A stretch of DNA of 64,000 bases from Felis catus (Eukaryota). Of this stretch, positions 36,750 through 48,522 are shown piece by piece. The position numbers were made by a program, and so were the translations under genes. Position 1 is the stretch's first letter; every line of letters starts with the position of its first letter. The notes beneath the pieces are model-generated. The model was not told the origin of the DNA. It was given only the letters and a program-made list of their open reading frames with translations, and ran no database searches. The stretch spans positions 7,378,001 to 7,442,000 of the forward strand of contig NC_058383.1 in the NCBI RefSeq assembly GCF_018350175.1, given 5' to 3'.

Positions 36750-39700
36750 CTACTTGACAGGCTCCACCACCAGGACCTTGCACTCGCGCTTGGCAATCTT
36801 GTCCAGAGAAAGCACAGCCTTGTCCGGAGGCAGGTAGAGGGGGCGGCCCACGGGGGAGGCCACAGGAGGTGTGATGGCCCTGCGCTCCATCACGCTGCCT
36901 GACCTGGGGGGGAAGGCAGAGGCTGTGGGCTCTGGTTGGGCCCCAGGACTCTTTCCTGTTCCCCCTCCAACTCTGGCCTCTCCACAGTCCGGTGCCCCCC
37001 CCCCCCCCCCCACCGCTTCCATACCTCATGAGGTGGCTCCGGGAGGGCTGTTGGTGAGAAAAGGACTGAGAGCGGCCTAAGCTAGCCTGGTGTCTCTCTA
37101 CCAGGTCCCGGACAGCAGGGCTGCTGGGGCTGCTCTTTCGAGACAGGGGCCGGGCCTCGGGCGGAGGGTGGGACACACTGGCGGTGAACTGCAGCTTCAG
37201 TTTCATGTGCTGGCTCAGCTGGGGCGGGGAGACACAGGTCAGCTTTCCAGCTCAGCCTCCAGGCCCCGATGCTCCTTTCAAATCAAGTTCCCCACTTGCC
37301 CGGCCAACGTTGGATGGAAGTTCCCCCTTCCCTCTACCCGGCTGTTCAGTGCCATCCATGGTGTTTCCTCCACAGAGGCTGGAGGCCTGGACTCCTCCCA
37401 CCCTGACATTCCCATAACCCATAAGCCCAGCCCCTCCCCAGCCCACCTCAAAGAGCCCTGTCCTCAGAGCCTGGAAGGCCACACTGAAGGTGAGCGCACT
37501 GCCCTTCCGGGAAAAGCCTAGATTGTTGAGGGGCGTGTGGCAGACAATGGAGTCCAGGGCTGCCTGCATGGCCCGGCGCTCCTCCTCACACAGCTGCTTT
37601 CCTGGGGTGGGGGGGAGGGGGGGGAGCAGAAACAGCCACCAGTAAACACATATGTACAGCAATTCTCAGTTCTCAAAGGGCTTTTCATGAGCACAGTCTT
37701 TATGTATTCTCTTTCGTTGAACTTTATAAATAACAATAGCAAATCCTTACTGTGTGCTGAAGTCTATTCTGACCACTTCACTTATGCTACACTATTAGAT
37801 CACCATTAACAATCCTAAGAGATATTATTTCCCCCATTTTAGAGAAGAGGAATCTAAGTGAGGCTTGGAGATTAAGTAACCTACCTAAGGTCACACAGCT
37901 AGTGACGGGGAGAGATAGAAATCAAATATACAAGGGAGCCCAGATCCAGGGTCAATGTCCTTAAAATCACTGCCCCACTGCTTCTCTGATCTCTCCGTTT
38001 GTAACACTGTGGAGACCACCTAGGTATAGAGCCAAAGGAGCCTGCCTGCCACAAGCCCCCCACCTCTATAACTTCCTTTCCCCTCCTCTTCTGGGACAAG
38101 TCCCCAGAGCCTGACAGCCCACCTACCAGCCTGTGCATGCTCCGGGGTCCACACAAGCCTCACAGCAAGGAAGTCTTGGAGATTGTTGAGCAGTGTGTAG
38201 GTGACAGTGAACCGCTCATAAGTTCGAACGGGGGACTCACAAGAAGCAGTCATCACAAAGCATGGGCGGTCCAGGCGGATGCTGGGCAGGCTAGAAGCAG
38301 TGAGAGAGGGAAGAAGGGTGTGTGTTGCCAAACAAAGGTGAACAGGATGGTGTCTAGCGGGGAGTCCCACAAACTCACCGGTAGTGGGTGTAGATGCTCT
38401 GGGTGAAGGGCAGCTTTGGGGTGGACCACTGAACCACAGCAATCAGGGGAACTTCTAGGCCCTGTGGGAGAGACAAAGGGAAACATCGTGTGTACCTGAG
38501 GTTCCCCTCTCATCTTCTGTGGCCCACTGGCCTTTCCCTCCCACTGCTTTTTGTTTACCTTTTCCTTGAGCATCCAGTCCCCTATACTCACCTCCTTGGC
38601 CCCTTGAGGGGGTTGCTCTCCCCCTCTCAGCTGAAACAGGAAGTTGTGTTCCTCCAGGGCACTAAGCGGGCAGGGGAAGCAGCCAGAGGTACCAGGGAGC
38701 CGGCAGAAGGAGCCCATGGAGACTTCCCCAGATTGGTGACTAGTTCAGAAGAAAGAGCGACACAGCTTGATCTTTTCCTGCCAGAGCTCTTGGCCCTGCC
38801 CCCATCCCCACTTTGCATCCCTGCCCCTCCTCAGGATCTCACCAGACATTATCCACCAGCAACACAGAGCCATCAGGCATGACAGGTAGATAACTAGCGT
38901 TGAAGTTTGGGAGAATCCGGATATCCCAGATGGAAATTTCCTCCTGGGAGGAGCTGTTCAGCACTGTTGGAGGTAACCAGGTCAGCTCAGTTGAGAGTAC
39001 CGGGACACCTCAAACCCCAACTTTACCCCTCCCAAATGGACTGATCCCCACCAGTGTGCCCAGAGTAACTGCCACCTAGTCAATGCCCCTACTGCTACCC
39101 AAGACCCAAGCCACAGATCTGCTCACCCTTGAGCACGGTCAAGTGTTTTCCAGCCACAGTGAACTGGCGGCATTTCAGAACCGGAGGGGGCAGCAGAGTC
39201 AGCAGGGTGCTCACTGCAGGAGGGCCAAGGCAAGAACTGATGAGCTGGGCAGAGACCTCATCCCCAACACAGTTCTAATCCGGCGCTTGCCAGTGTCACC
39301 CCTCCACTCTATCCCCTAAATTTCAGACTCGAGCATTTCCCCTCTACATTCTCCCCACCTTGGGCCTTGAAAGCGCTCTGCTCGCCCCGGAACGTCTCCC
39401 CAGGAGATCGGGTCTGCAACAAGCGCAAGTAGCCTTGATCTCTGACCTCTGGTGCCTCAACCTCCCGTTTCCACACAGTCACTACAATCTGAGAACAAGG
39501 GACACGGGGCCACAGTTAAGAGGAGAGCCAGCCAGCCCTGCCTTAGAAAGGGAGTCTGAATTAGGACAACAGTTCCACCCCTTGTCAATCTTACCTTGGC
39601 CTTAGGTGTCCCGGGGGGCAGTCTATCCAGTGAAACGGTGAGTGGGAAGATGACCTCATCTGTGGACACAATTGGTTCCTCCACAGGCAGCTGGTGTTTG

Positions 39701-40178
39701 AGAAAGGGGTAAAGGCGGGAGAGTCAAAGAGGCAGCCTGCAGCGTCCCCTTTTAAGATGTGCTGTACGCGGTTCTTCTTGGCTTCCTTCATCTGCCTCCT
39801 TCATGCCCCCAGCGTCCATCCCCCTCCTGTCTCTGGAGCCCAGCAAACCGCCCCTCCGCCCTGTGCCGTGTCACCCCAAGCTCCTCACCGTGGTCGCTCC
39901 CCCTGAGGTAGCAGGACCCGGGCCGTGGGTGAGGAGGGGGCTGCAGCCTCGAAACAACGGCCCACCGCCGGGATCCCCGCCCCCTGGGGGTTCGGGATCC
40001 TGGTCTCCGGTGCCACCGCCCCCGGGCGCCCCGCCTCCGGCGCTGACCGAGGCCAGGGCGGCCAAGGCCGTTGCCAGTTCTGCCCAGGCCCCTCGAGAGC
40101 CCAAGCCCGCGCCACCCCCGGCGCCGGACCCTGCGCCTCCCCGGCAGCGCAGCACCAGCAGGAAGCGGACAGTCTCCC
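36750..40178 (-). CDS. TRAPPC14: TRAPP II complex subunit 14 (C7orf43/MAP11), 11 exons; the N-terminal ~41 codons lie in gap 40179-40326
   Basis: Exons (minus): gap/40178-39889, 39690-39595, 39488-39359, 39213-39127, 38963-38843, 38739-38592, 38461-38379, 38290-38127, 37601-37447, 37218-37025, 36903-36750. All junctions are GT-AG with consistent phase. Peptides ETVRFLLVLRCRGG, LPVEEPIVSTDEVIFPLTVSLDRLPPGTPKAK and ...DKIAKRECKVLVVEPVK* match C7orf43. Confidence 0.95.
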
Positions 40179-40326
40179 NNNNNNNNNNNNNNNNNNNNNN
40201 NNNNNNNNNNNNNNNNNNNNNNNNNNNNNNNNNNNNNNNNNNNNNNNNNNNNNNNNNNNNNNNNNNNNNNNNNNNNNNNNNNNNNNNNNNNNNNNNNNNN
40301 NNNNNNNNNNNNNNNNNNNNNNNNNN
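40179..40326. other. Assembly gap covering the TRAPPC14 start codon (other gaps: 5407-5545, 6781-6925, 8107-8264, 16574-16700, 18776-18950, 45321-45452, 62891-63030, 63623-63760)
   Basis: N runs read directly. Confidence 0.99.
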
Positions 40327-40620
40327 GGCGAGGTGGGCCGGGCCGGCGGAGGGCGAGGGGGCCGTTGGGGTGGGGCTGGGGAGTCCCGACACCCAACGGG
40401 TGCTGTGCGCGGCCGGGCCGGCCCGGGAGACCGGCCGGGGCCGGGAACCGGGGCAACGAACCCGGAACCGAGACCCCGCAGGGCCGGAACCGGGCTGCTG
40501 GGCCGATTGACTGGAGAGAAACCGGAAGCGGAAAGGAAGGGGCGTGGCCTCCGGGGCCCCGGAATTTGTGGGTGACCGGACCGCTGGGGAGAGAGGCGGG
40601 GTCCGGCTGGGGTTAGGCTG
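40327..40620 (-). promoter_or_regulatory. TRAPPC14 CpG-island promoter / 5' UTR
   Basis: Very GC/CpG-rich, with tandem ETS cores CCGGAAGCGGAAAGGAAG (from 40522) and GC box GGGGCGTGGC (40539-40548), directly upstream of exon 1. Confidence 0.75.
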
Positions 40621-40764
40621 CAGTAAGAAGGCTTTAGGGGAGACAAGACAGGTTTCTTAGAGAAGAAATATTAAAAGGACCCCCTGCAACTCCGCTTCTC
40701 CCGGGAAGATGGAACATCCCGCCCCCTTTCCACCCTACATAATGCAAGTCAAAGGTTCAAATTA

Positions 40765-40770
40765 TTTATT
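40765..40770 (-). terminator. GAL3ST4 polyadenylation signal AATAAA
   Basis: TTTATT on the + strand ~390 nt after the stop; no other canonical signal seen before the TRAPPC14 promoter. Confidence 0.7.
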
Positions 40771-41156
40771 CATTCACAAACATTTCACAGTTAAATGAGC
40801 ATAGTCTGGAACCAAATAATTCATAGAGAAATGGACGCATTATTCCAACCCACAAGTTCCAAGTTATTTCTGGCTTACTCCATGATTTGCTCCTCCAGGG
40901 GACTTTTAAGAGTGCAATGGGGACCTGCCAGGGGTTTGGAAAGGGGAAGGGGCAAAGTTGGGGGGAGGGGTACTGCTGGAATTCCTCCACACAGGCCGGA
41001 GGACTTGGTGCCCACATCTGTGCAAAGTTCCACTCATCGTCTAGGGCACAAACATGCTTTCAGAGGGAAACAGAAACGGCATCTGGCTGCCCCATACTCA
41101 TCATGTTTGCCCTTGTGGCTTAGCTGCTTTTAAGCTAAAACTTAGTAGTCTAATGG

Positions 41157-44100
41157 CTACGGGGAGAGTAGCCTTGAAGTCTTAAGGGGCAGAGAGACTG
41201 TTGAGGGAAATTGCTTGGCATCTAGCTTGTCCTTGTACTGTAGCTCAGGGGTAGCCAGGCGCTCACACTCCTCCTGGTCTGGGAGGCTCAGTCCACTCCG
41301 AAGTACATAGCCCAAAACCTTACCGGACCCAAACTGGAAAGGGCGGAATCGACGGTCAGTGATATATTTGGGGTCTAAAGCCTCACCCCCCACTAGACAA
41401 TGTTTAGCCAGGGCCTCTCGGCGTGCCCGGAGCTCGGCCACAGCACTCTCCAGCCGGCTCTGGCCGTATTGATTGATCCGTGCCCACAGACTGTGGTTGA
41501 AATGAACGTAGAGAGCCCAGTCCAGGTGGTTCCAGGCTCGGGCCCGTGCAGTCAGCTGCCTGTCCTCAGCAGTCAGTCCACCACTGCTGACCGCACTTCT
41601 GCCCTGCTCACCTCCAGCCTGGGCATTGTGCATGAAGCCCACCACATCATCTAGACCCCAGCACAGGGCATCTGCCAGTAGAACCAGTGACTCATCAAAG
41701 TACTCGGCCACCAAGACCAGGTCAAAGACAGAGTCCAGCCAGGCCAGACTCCACTGGATGAAGGATGAAGACCCCAAATCCAAAGAGGCATGGCTGGATG
41801 TCTGGCTGTGACCACCAGCAACTGTAGGAGCAGGATGGAGGAGAGCACTGGGATCCAGGGTATAGTGGGCTCTCAGGCCAGCACCAGAAGGCAAAACATT
41901 CAGCTGTGGGGATTTGGGGTCTCTAGGGGGATGAGGATTCCCTCTCTTGGTCTTCATCTCTGGGGGGAAGGGGAGGCCAAAGTCAAACCAGAGTAAGTTG
42001 CGTGCATAGTGGTCCCCACGGGCTCCAGGCCGGTAGAAGGCTCGAGGATTGGCCAGGAAGGCAGCCAATGATGGTGCCTTGCGGAAGGCTGATGAGGTGG
42101 ATTTATAGTAGGAGAAAGCAGAGCGGGCCAGAGCTGCTGGGTCTCGGACAATGGAAAAGAAGAAGCTGTCAGAGGGCATGACCTGGAGTACCTGCGGAGG
42201 AGAGAAAACAGGCATAGGGAGAAAGAAGTGGACCAGGAAGAAACTAAGAGCATGCCCATTGCTGGCTGATTCCCTAGACTCCTCAAACTACCTTCTTAAA
42301 GCTCCGCTGGGAACCCCTATCTTCCTTCACTAACTGACAAATCTTGGGCAAGTTACTTAACATTTCTAAGACTCAATTTGCTCATCTGCAAAATGGGGAT
42401 AATCATACCTTACCAAATGATTATGGAGTTACAGGAGATAAGGATATGAAGGAACCTGGAACGCGGGAAGCTCCTTGAGAACATTAATTTCCTTGGGATT
42501 TTTTGTGTGGCTTTGGTCAGAACCAAATCTCTAAGAATCAAACTTCGTGTTCACTTCTCCAACAAAAACCTATTAAGTGCCTACCCTGAGACTCTTGGTC
42601 ACAATTCCAAGAAAGGAACTGGCCTCAGGCCTCTTCCCAGAGTACCAGTGGGTCACTGGCAGCAAAAAGGGAGGAAAGGGGCCAACCATAATGCTGTCTC
42701 AAGTATAGGCATCAGGTGGGCAGGCCAACCCCAGGATGGCCGAAAGACAGGGTATTTCTGGGGCTCCTAGGCATCTAGGAAAGTAAAGGACACCCCTGGA
42801 CTGGGCACTGGGGAGCTATGGACACTTGGTAGGCTGCTACCCTGAAGCCTGGGACATGTGACTCAACTTCTCAGCAAGAAGGGAGGTGAGACTTGGGCTG
42901 AGCCACTCCCTAGCATGGTCCTAAAGGCACATACACATCAGAACCCAGCTCCTGGGCTCCCTGAAGGGTTTCTGCCTCTGAATACGGCTTATCACTGAAC
43001 CTAACACCCCTCACAACAACCTCCAATCTGCTCTGCTAATGTGGGCATGCCCACAGAGCACCGCCTGTGAACTGAGGGTCTCTTTGAAGGCAGAGGAGAG
43101 CAGTGCAAAGAACAGTCTGTGGCATCAGGTGAACCTGGAATAAATCCCAATTAGCCATTTACCAGTTGTGTAACTTTAGGCAGGTTATTGAGCTTCTCAG
43201 AGCCATCATTCCTGCATCTCAAATCTGGGTTAACGCTTACCTTGAATGTGGGAGCGCATGGTACTCAATGAATGGTAATGACAATGAAGGTCAAAAACCA
43301 GAGAAGCCTGCCTGAAAGCTCATTGTCATCATGTCACTCCCAGCAGTGACCCCCCCCCCCCCCCCACTGCCTTTTAGGTCCCACACATACTCCTCAGCTG
43401 CTTTCTCCAGCTCTGGCTTCATGGGAGCATCTGGGGTTCTGCCACCTACACACATTTCCCCTGTTACACACGTGCCACCACCACCACCACAGCTTTGCTG
43501 GTGTTCTGCTTCCTCTAAAATACCTGATATTCAAGGGGCACCTGGGTGGCTCAGTCAGTTAAGCGTCCGACTTTGGCTCAGGTTATGATTTCGCAGTTCA
43601 TGAGTTTGAGCCCTGCATCAGGTTCTGTTCTGAAAGCTCAGAGCCTGGAGCCTGCTTTGGGTTCTGTGTCTCCCTCTCTCTCTCTCTGCCCCTCCCCTGC
43701 TCACACTCTGTCTCTCTCTCTCTCAAAAATGAATAAACTTAAAAAAAAATTTTTTTTAAATACCTGATATTCTTACTACAAAGTTCTGTCAAACCTTTCC
43801 TTAAAACTCACTTCAACAGAAAGCTCCACCTCTTTTGCTGAATCTTCTCCCCATAGTTCCAAATACAAACACACATATGCATGCACACATGCCAGGGAAG
43901 GCACTTTGACTTTGGAGCAGACGGGCCCAAGTTCAGATCCTAGCTCTGCTGCTTTCTATGAAGGAGGCCAGTCACTTAGGCTCTCTGAAACTTGCCCTCT
44001 TCATCTGTGTAATGGGGACACTTATAATGCCTTTCTGGTGAGGTGATGGTGAGGTAAGAACCCAGCACTCAGCAAGTATTCAGTAAAAGTTCCTTCCCTG

Positions 44101-45239
44101 TATGTTGTCATTTGCACATTGATTTTGTGTGTCTGAGAGCTCTCGGGTTCCTGTGTATGTATGGATGAGCTCGTGAGTGCACGCACGTACCTTCCCCTTT
44201 AGAACTGGGGCAGGACCGGGCTAGGGCTTGGCATGGAGCTGATTCTCAATATCTGGCAGAGGAAGGTAGTCAGAAGGCAGTGGCTGAGCAGGGGCCCTGG
44301 TAGTGTTAATAGAAAGAGCCAAGAAGAGCAAGAAGCCCCTGGAGGGAGAGTCTGGGGGGTCAGAGTTGTCAGGGCACTGATACCAGTGGGGTAAACTGGC
44401 CAAGGAAAGAGACCAGAAAGCTCCAGATGTGATGAAAGCAGGACTTTGGCTACCAGAAACTACTAGGCAAGAGACAGCTGAGGAGAGGGGACTAGGAAAC
44501 ACTGTGACCCCCATGCCCAACTTTTGGGTGAGGACCAACTTTTGCCTGGGGCCTCCTCCCCTGGTGGTCTTGACCACAGGCCTGAGACCATCTCTCTCCA
44601 GTCCCACCCACCCCCTTCTATGCCCCTCACCTCTTTCAGGTTGAACCTCATGTGATGACAGAGGATGTGGAAGGGGGACTTGGTGCCTCCACCCTGAGGG
44701 CGGTAGCCTTTGACCCGAGAGGCCTGGAAAAGCCTTGGGTAGCCGAACTGGTAGCGGGCAGGGAGGGCAAAGCGCAGCCCGTGTCGGTCCCCGTAGCGAT
44801 GAAGCAGGTTCAGCACAGAGCTGCTCCCAGATTTGTGCGTCTTCAGGAACACAAGTCGCTGCCGGGGTGGGCAGGATGAAACAGCTGATCCCAGGGATGG
44901 GGCCAAGGGCTGTCGGAGTTGCAGGCCTGGTAGCCTGGGGAGAGATGGGAGGGGAATTTTCCTGTCCCTCACCAGCAGGTGAGTGGGCATCTTGCGGAGC
45001 AAAGACAGAGGACATGGAACCTCCTCTGAGTCACCAAGAGTCACAGCCCTAGGTGGCATGGGGAGGAGCAAATAGGGGACATCTATCAGGCATTGGGACA
45101 AGATGGGAACTCACCTCTTCTGGAAGGGGCCCCCCCAGAGCTGGAGGGCAAATCCGATGGTCATGAAGACTCCCAGAGCCAACCCCAGGCTCCGAGGCCC
45201 CCAGAGGCGCATGGTCCTGGTAGGAGACAGAGGGCCCAT
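41157..45239 (-). CDS. GAL3ST4: Galactose-3-O-sulfotransferase 4, 487 aa, 3 coding exons
   Basis: Exons (minus): 45239-45115 (MGPLSPTRTMRLWGPRSLGLALGVFMTIGFALQ, type II anchor), 44934-44631 (5'-PAPS-binding motif FLKTHKSGSSS) and 42191-41157 (SIVRDP, FDLVLVAEYFDESLVLL, ...LKTSRLLSP*). AATAAA on the minus strand at 40765-40770. Confidence 0.97.
43535..43760 (+). mobile_element. Can-SINE in a GAL3ST4 intron (antisense to the gene)
   Basis: SINEC body; TSD aaatacctgatattc. Confidence 0.9.
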
Positions 45240-46570
45240 GTGGCAGGTAAGGGTGATGCTATCGAGGGACAGGGCAAGGGCCAGGCACAGAGGCAGAGAC
45301 AGCTTGAGACAGCCGTGCAGNNNNNNNNNNNNNNNNNNNNNNNNNNNNNNNNNNNNNNNNNNNNNNNNNNNNNNNNNNNNNNNNNNNNNNNNNNNNNNNN
45401 NNNNNNNNNNNNNNNNNNNNNNNNNNNNNNNNNNNNNNNNNNNNNNNNNNNNGGGAGTCTAAGGAGAGGGTAAAGCTTTCTCTCCTGCTGCTACAGCTCA
45501 TACCAGGAGTGGGAGCCTGCGGGGAGGGGCGTGTGCTCTCTACACCCAGATCTTCCAGGTGGCCCACAAGTACTCCTCTGCCATCAGTCTCCAGTTTCCC
45601 CAGACCCCCACCTGCAGTTCTCCCTGAGCCTCAGGGATTCAGAGGGGAGGGGAGAAAGACCAATCTGCTCATGTGACAGTGAGATGGACATCGGCCGGAC
45701 GCCCGGCTTCCTCGTGAGTTCCTCTGCCTGTGACAGATGGGGATGAAGAGCCCCATTCTGAGGCCAAGAAGGCAGCCATAAGGAGGGAATGAGGGTCAGA
45801 CAGGTACAGGGTGCTGAACCCAGGGAGGTCAAACTATAGGAGCAACTTTGTCACGAGTAGGAGTTAACACTCGGGCATTTCTTTTCTCTTCTGAAACGTT
45901 CTCAGCATAAGGCAGACCCCAGTGTATGAAAAGCTGGGGGAGACGGGTGACTTATGAAGCTCAGATCCCCGGACCCCCCCAACACCCCTGTGCCAGCTTT
46001 CCAATCCCCTCTGCACCTAGAGAAGATGGAGAGGGTGGAGCTGGAAAGAGAGAGAAAAAAAAAACTCTGCGACACAAGGATACTGAAAGATACAAACATC
46101 GAGCTTCTGAGTTCCTCCCCGAAGGCCCCAGCTTCCTAATCAACTGGGAGTCTGGACCCACCCCTTCAGATTACAGCCACAACCAAGGGCCACAGCCCTT
46201 CCCGACAACCCCTTTCTGGGACAAGCTAGGAGTGACCCCAGGTAAGGAGAACCCACACTTGCTACCTAGAGACCCGCCCCCTCTGGCATCACCCCCTAAC
46301 TCCCTCCCCCAACACAGCCCCCAGGATCCAGCACCGCACCGGACTCCCTCCAGTGTCCTGATTTCTTCTATTCCTTCCATCCATCTCTGTCTCCTCCCAT
46401 TACCCCCATTTCAGCCCTGTGTCCCCTCCAGCTTTGGTGACCGCTCAGTCAGTCGCCAGCCCTTTGTTGGCCCCCTCCGAGGTTCTCTCTGTGACCCCCC
46501 CCCAGGTCTCCCCCCATAAATTCGAGAGTCCCTCCACTGGCTGCGGCCTCGGCTTCACTTGCCCACTCAC

Positions 46571-46740
46571 CAGGCCACCTGAAGAGCAGCAGGGAGATCG
46601 GGGTCTGGCCCTCCCGCACGCCCCAGCCACCGCCCGGCTCCTCGCTGTGCTCAACTTTCCCCACAAACTTGCTCCGCGCCCAGGCTCCTCCCCCTCCCTC
46701 CCTTTGTCCCGCCAGTCCCTGCAGCTGCTCGGTCTTTAAT
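46571..46740 (-). other. GAL3ST4: Probable non-coding first exon of GAL3ST4 (5' extent uncertain)
   Basis: Strong minus-strand donor CTG|GTGAGT at 46571/46570 in a GC-rich patch. A matching acceptor (cccctccccgcag) at 45517/45516 lies upstream of the ATG exon. Inferred only, with no transcript data. Confidence 0.4.
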
Positions 46741-47245
46741 TGTGTCTCTGGCTCTCTCTCTCACGGCATCTTTCCTTCTCCGTCAGGGCACCCAGCCCGC
46801 CCTTGGAAGACAGCACTTCTACCCTCCTTTCACGCTTAGGAATCAATTCTACCTTTTCCTTTTTGCTTTCTTCAGAACAAAAGACTCATTCAGGCAACAC
46901 AAAGAAAGAAAGAAAAAGAAAATAACAGACGAGTTGAAAGCAGACATTGTCAAGGACATGACAAGGTAGCCCCAGGCTGACACAGAGAATAGGGGCCCCC
47001 ACCCTGAAGGCAAGGGGCAGTCTTGTGATATTAATGATGCCTCAGGTTCAGAAAGAATTTTGCCAGTCCCTACAATTCTCCCCATTTAACAGATGAAGGT
47101 GCTCAGACCCAGAGGGTAGACAACTTGCCCAAAGTGAATGACAGGGGGCAGGTTCCAAGAGAGGCCAGAAGCCTCTACCAGGAGCCTGGGCTCAGGGAGG
47201 GATGTTAGAAGTACAAGGCAAACACAGGGTCCAATAAATTAGCTG

Positions 47246-47251
47246 TTTATT
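47246..47251 (-). terminator. Probable GPC2 polyadenylation signal AATAAA
   Basis: TTTATT on the + strand ~620 nt after the GPC2 stop. Confidence 0.55.
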
Positions 47252-47873
47252 TGCAGAATAAACACTGAATCAAACACTGAAACATGAAATGGTGAAGCTT
47301 GTGAAGGATGTGGATGGCAGAGGTCATGAGAACAGCCCTTTTTCAAAAAATTTTTGGTATTGTAGTTTAAGAAATTGATAACTGAGAAAACTCCATAGAA
47401 ACCAGGCCCACAGATCCTGACATCCTATTCACACACCCCAGTCCCCTGCCCTGCACCCCACCAGCACCCAGCTTGGTCCCTTTGAGACAGAGTGCCCCAC
47501 CCCTCCCCACTTCCAACTTCCTTCAAACCCCACCCCCAACTGCAACTCTAAAACTCCTCCCCTTTTCTTTGTTGGGGCTGACAACTTGCCCAACATAGAG
47601 GTGTGCTTGGAAAGCACACACCTTCTTCCTAAATAAATACCCCCAGCCCCTCCTCCCCAGATTGTAAATGAAAAAATAAATATTATGAACACCCACCCAC
47701 CCCCAACCCACCAATGGTAATCTCCTGGATTTGGGGCCCCAGCCATTCACCCAAAAAGTCCCTTTCTCTACCTCTCTGCATCCCCCTTCGACTCCTTCCC
47801 AGACCCAGCTGAGGGAGAGGGGGAGGAGGGGAAGGGCCATGAACCCTTCTGATGCTAGGGCACCCTTCCCCTG

Positions 47874-48184
47874 TTATCTTGGTCCAAGCAGGGCCAGGGC
47901 TGAGAGGAAGAGAATGAGGATGGGTTGGGTGTGAAAACCAACAGATGTCCCCCCAGTCCTGCTCCTGCCCTGGTTGTGGCGGACAAGGACACCTCCTCCT
48001 TTGCCCCCAGAAGTGTCCCTTCGAGGAGGGCGAGGCAGCCGGGCTGGGGGGGCCACAGCTGCTGCCCCAGCCATCCAGTCATCTGCATAGTGCTGTCCCT
48101 CTCCAGAACCGCTGGCGTCCTCCTCCTCCTCATCTGCAGGAGGGAGAGGATCAGAAACAGGGTTGGAAAAGACATAATGGGAGA

Positions 48185-48230
<46 letters not shown>

Positions 48231-48484
48231 GTAAACGGGGAGGAAGAGAATTTGAGATTAAAAAAAAGAAAAGGGGTGCCTGGGTGGCTTAGTCAGTTAG
48301 GCATCTGACTTTGGTTCAGGTCATGATCTTGCAGTTCATGAGTTCAAGCCCTGCATGGGGCTCTGCACTGACAGCTTAGAGCCTGGACTCTCCTTCAGAT
48401 TCTGTGTCTCCCTCTCTCTTTGCCCCTCCCTTGCTCATGCTCTGTCTGTCTTTCAAAAACCAATAAACATTACCAAAAAAAAAA

Positions 48485-48522
<38 letters not shown>

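Noticed and set aside
38350-38414. Position where I recall human MIR4658 spanning a C7orf43 exon/intron junction
   Set aside because: The intronic part after GTGAGT differs from the human mature sequence as I recall it, and I see no convincing hairpin, so no miRNA is called.
39788-40646. Several 170-250 aa ORFs in alternative frames over the TRAPPC14 CpG island
   Set aside because: GC-rich sequence depleted of stops, and the ORFs read through Ns; only the TRAPPC14 frame is supported.
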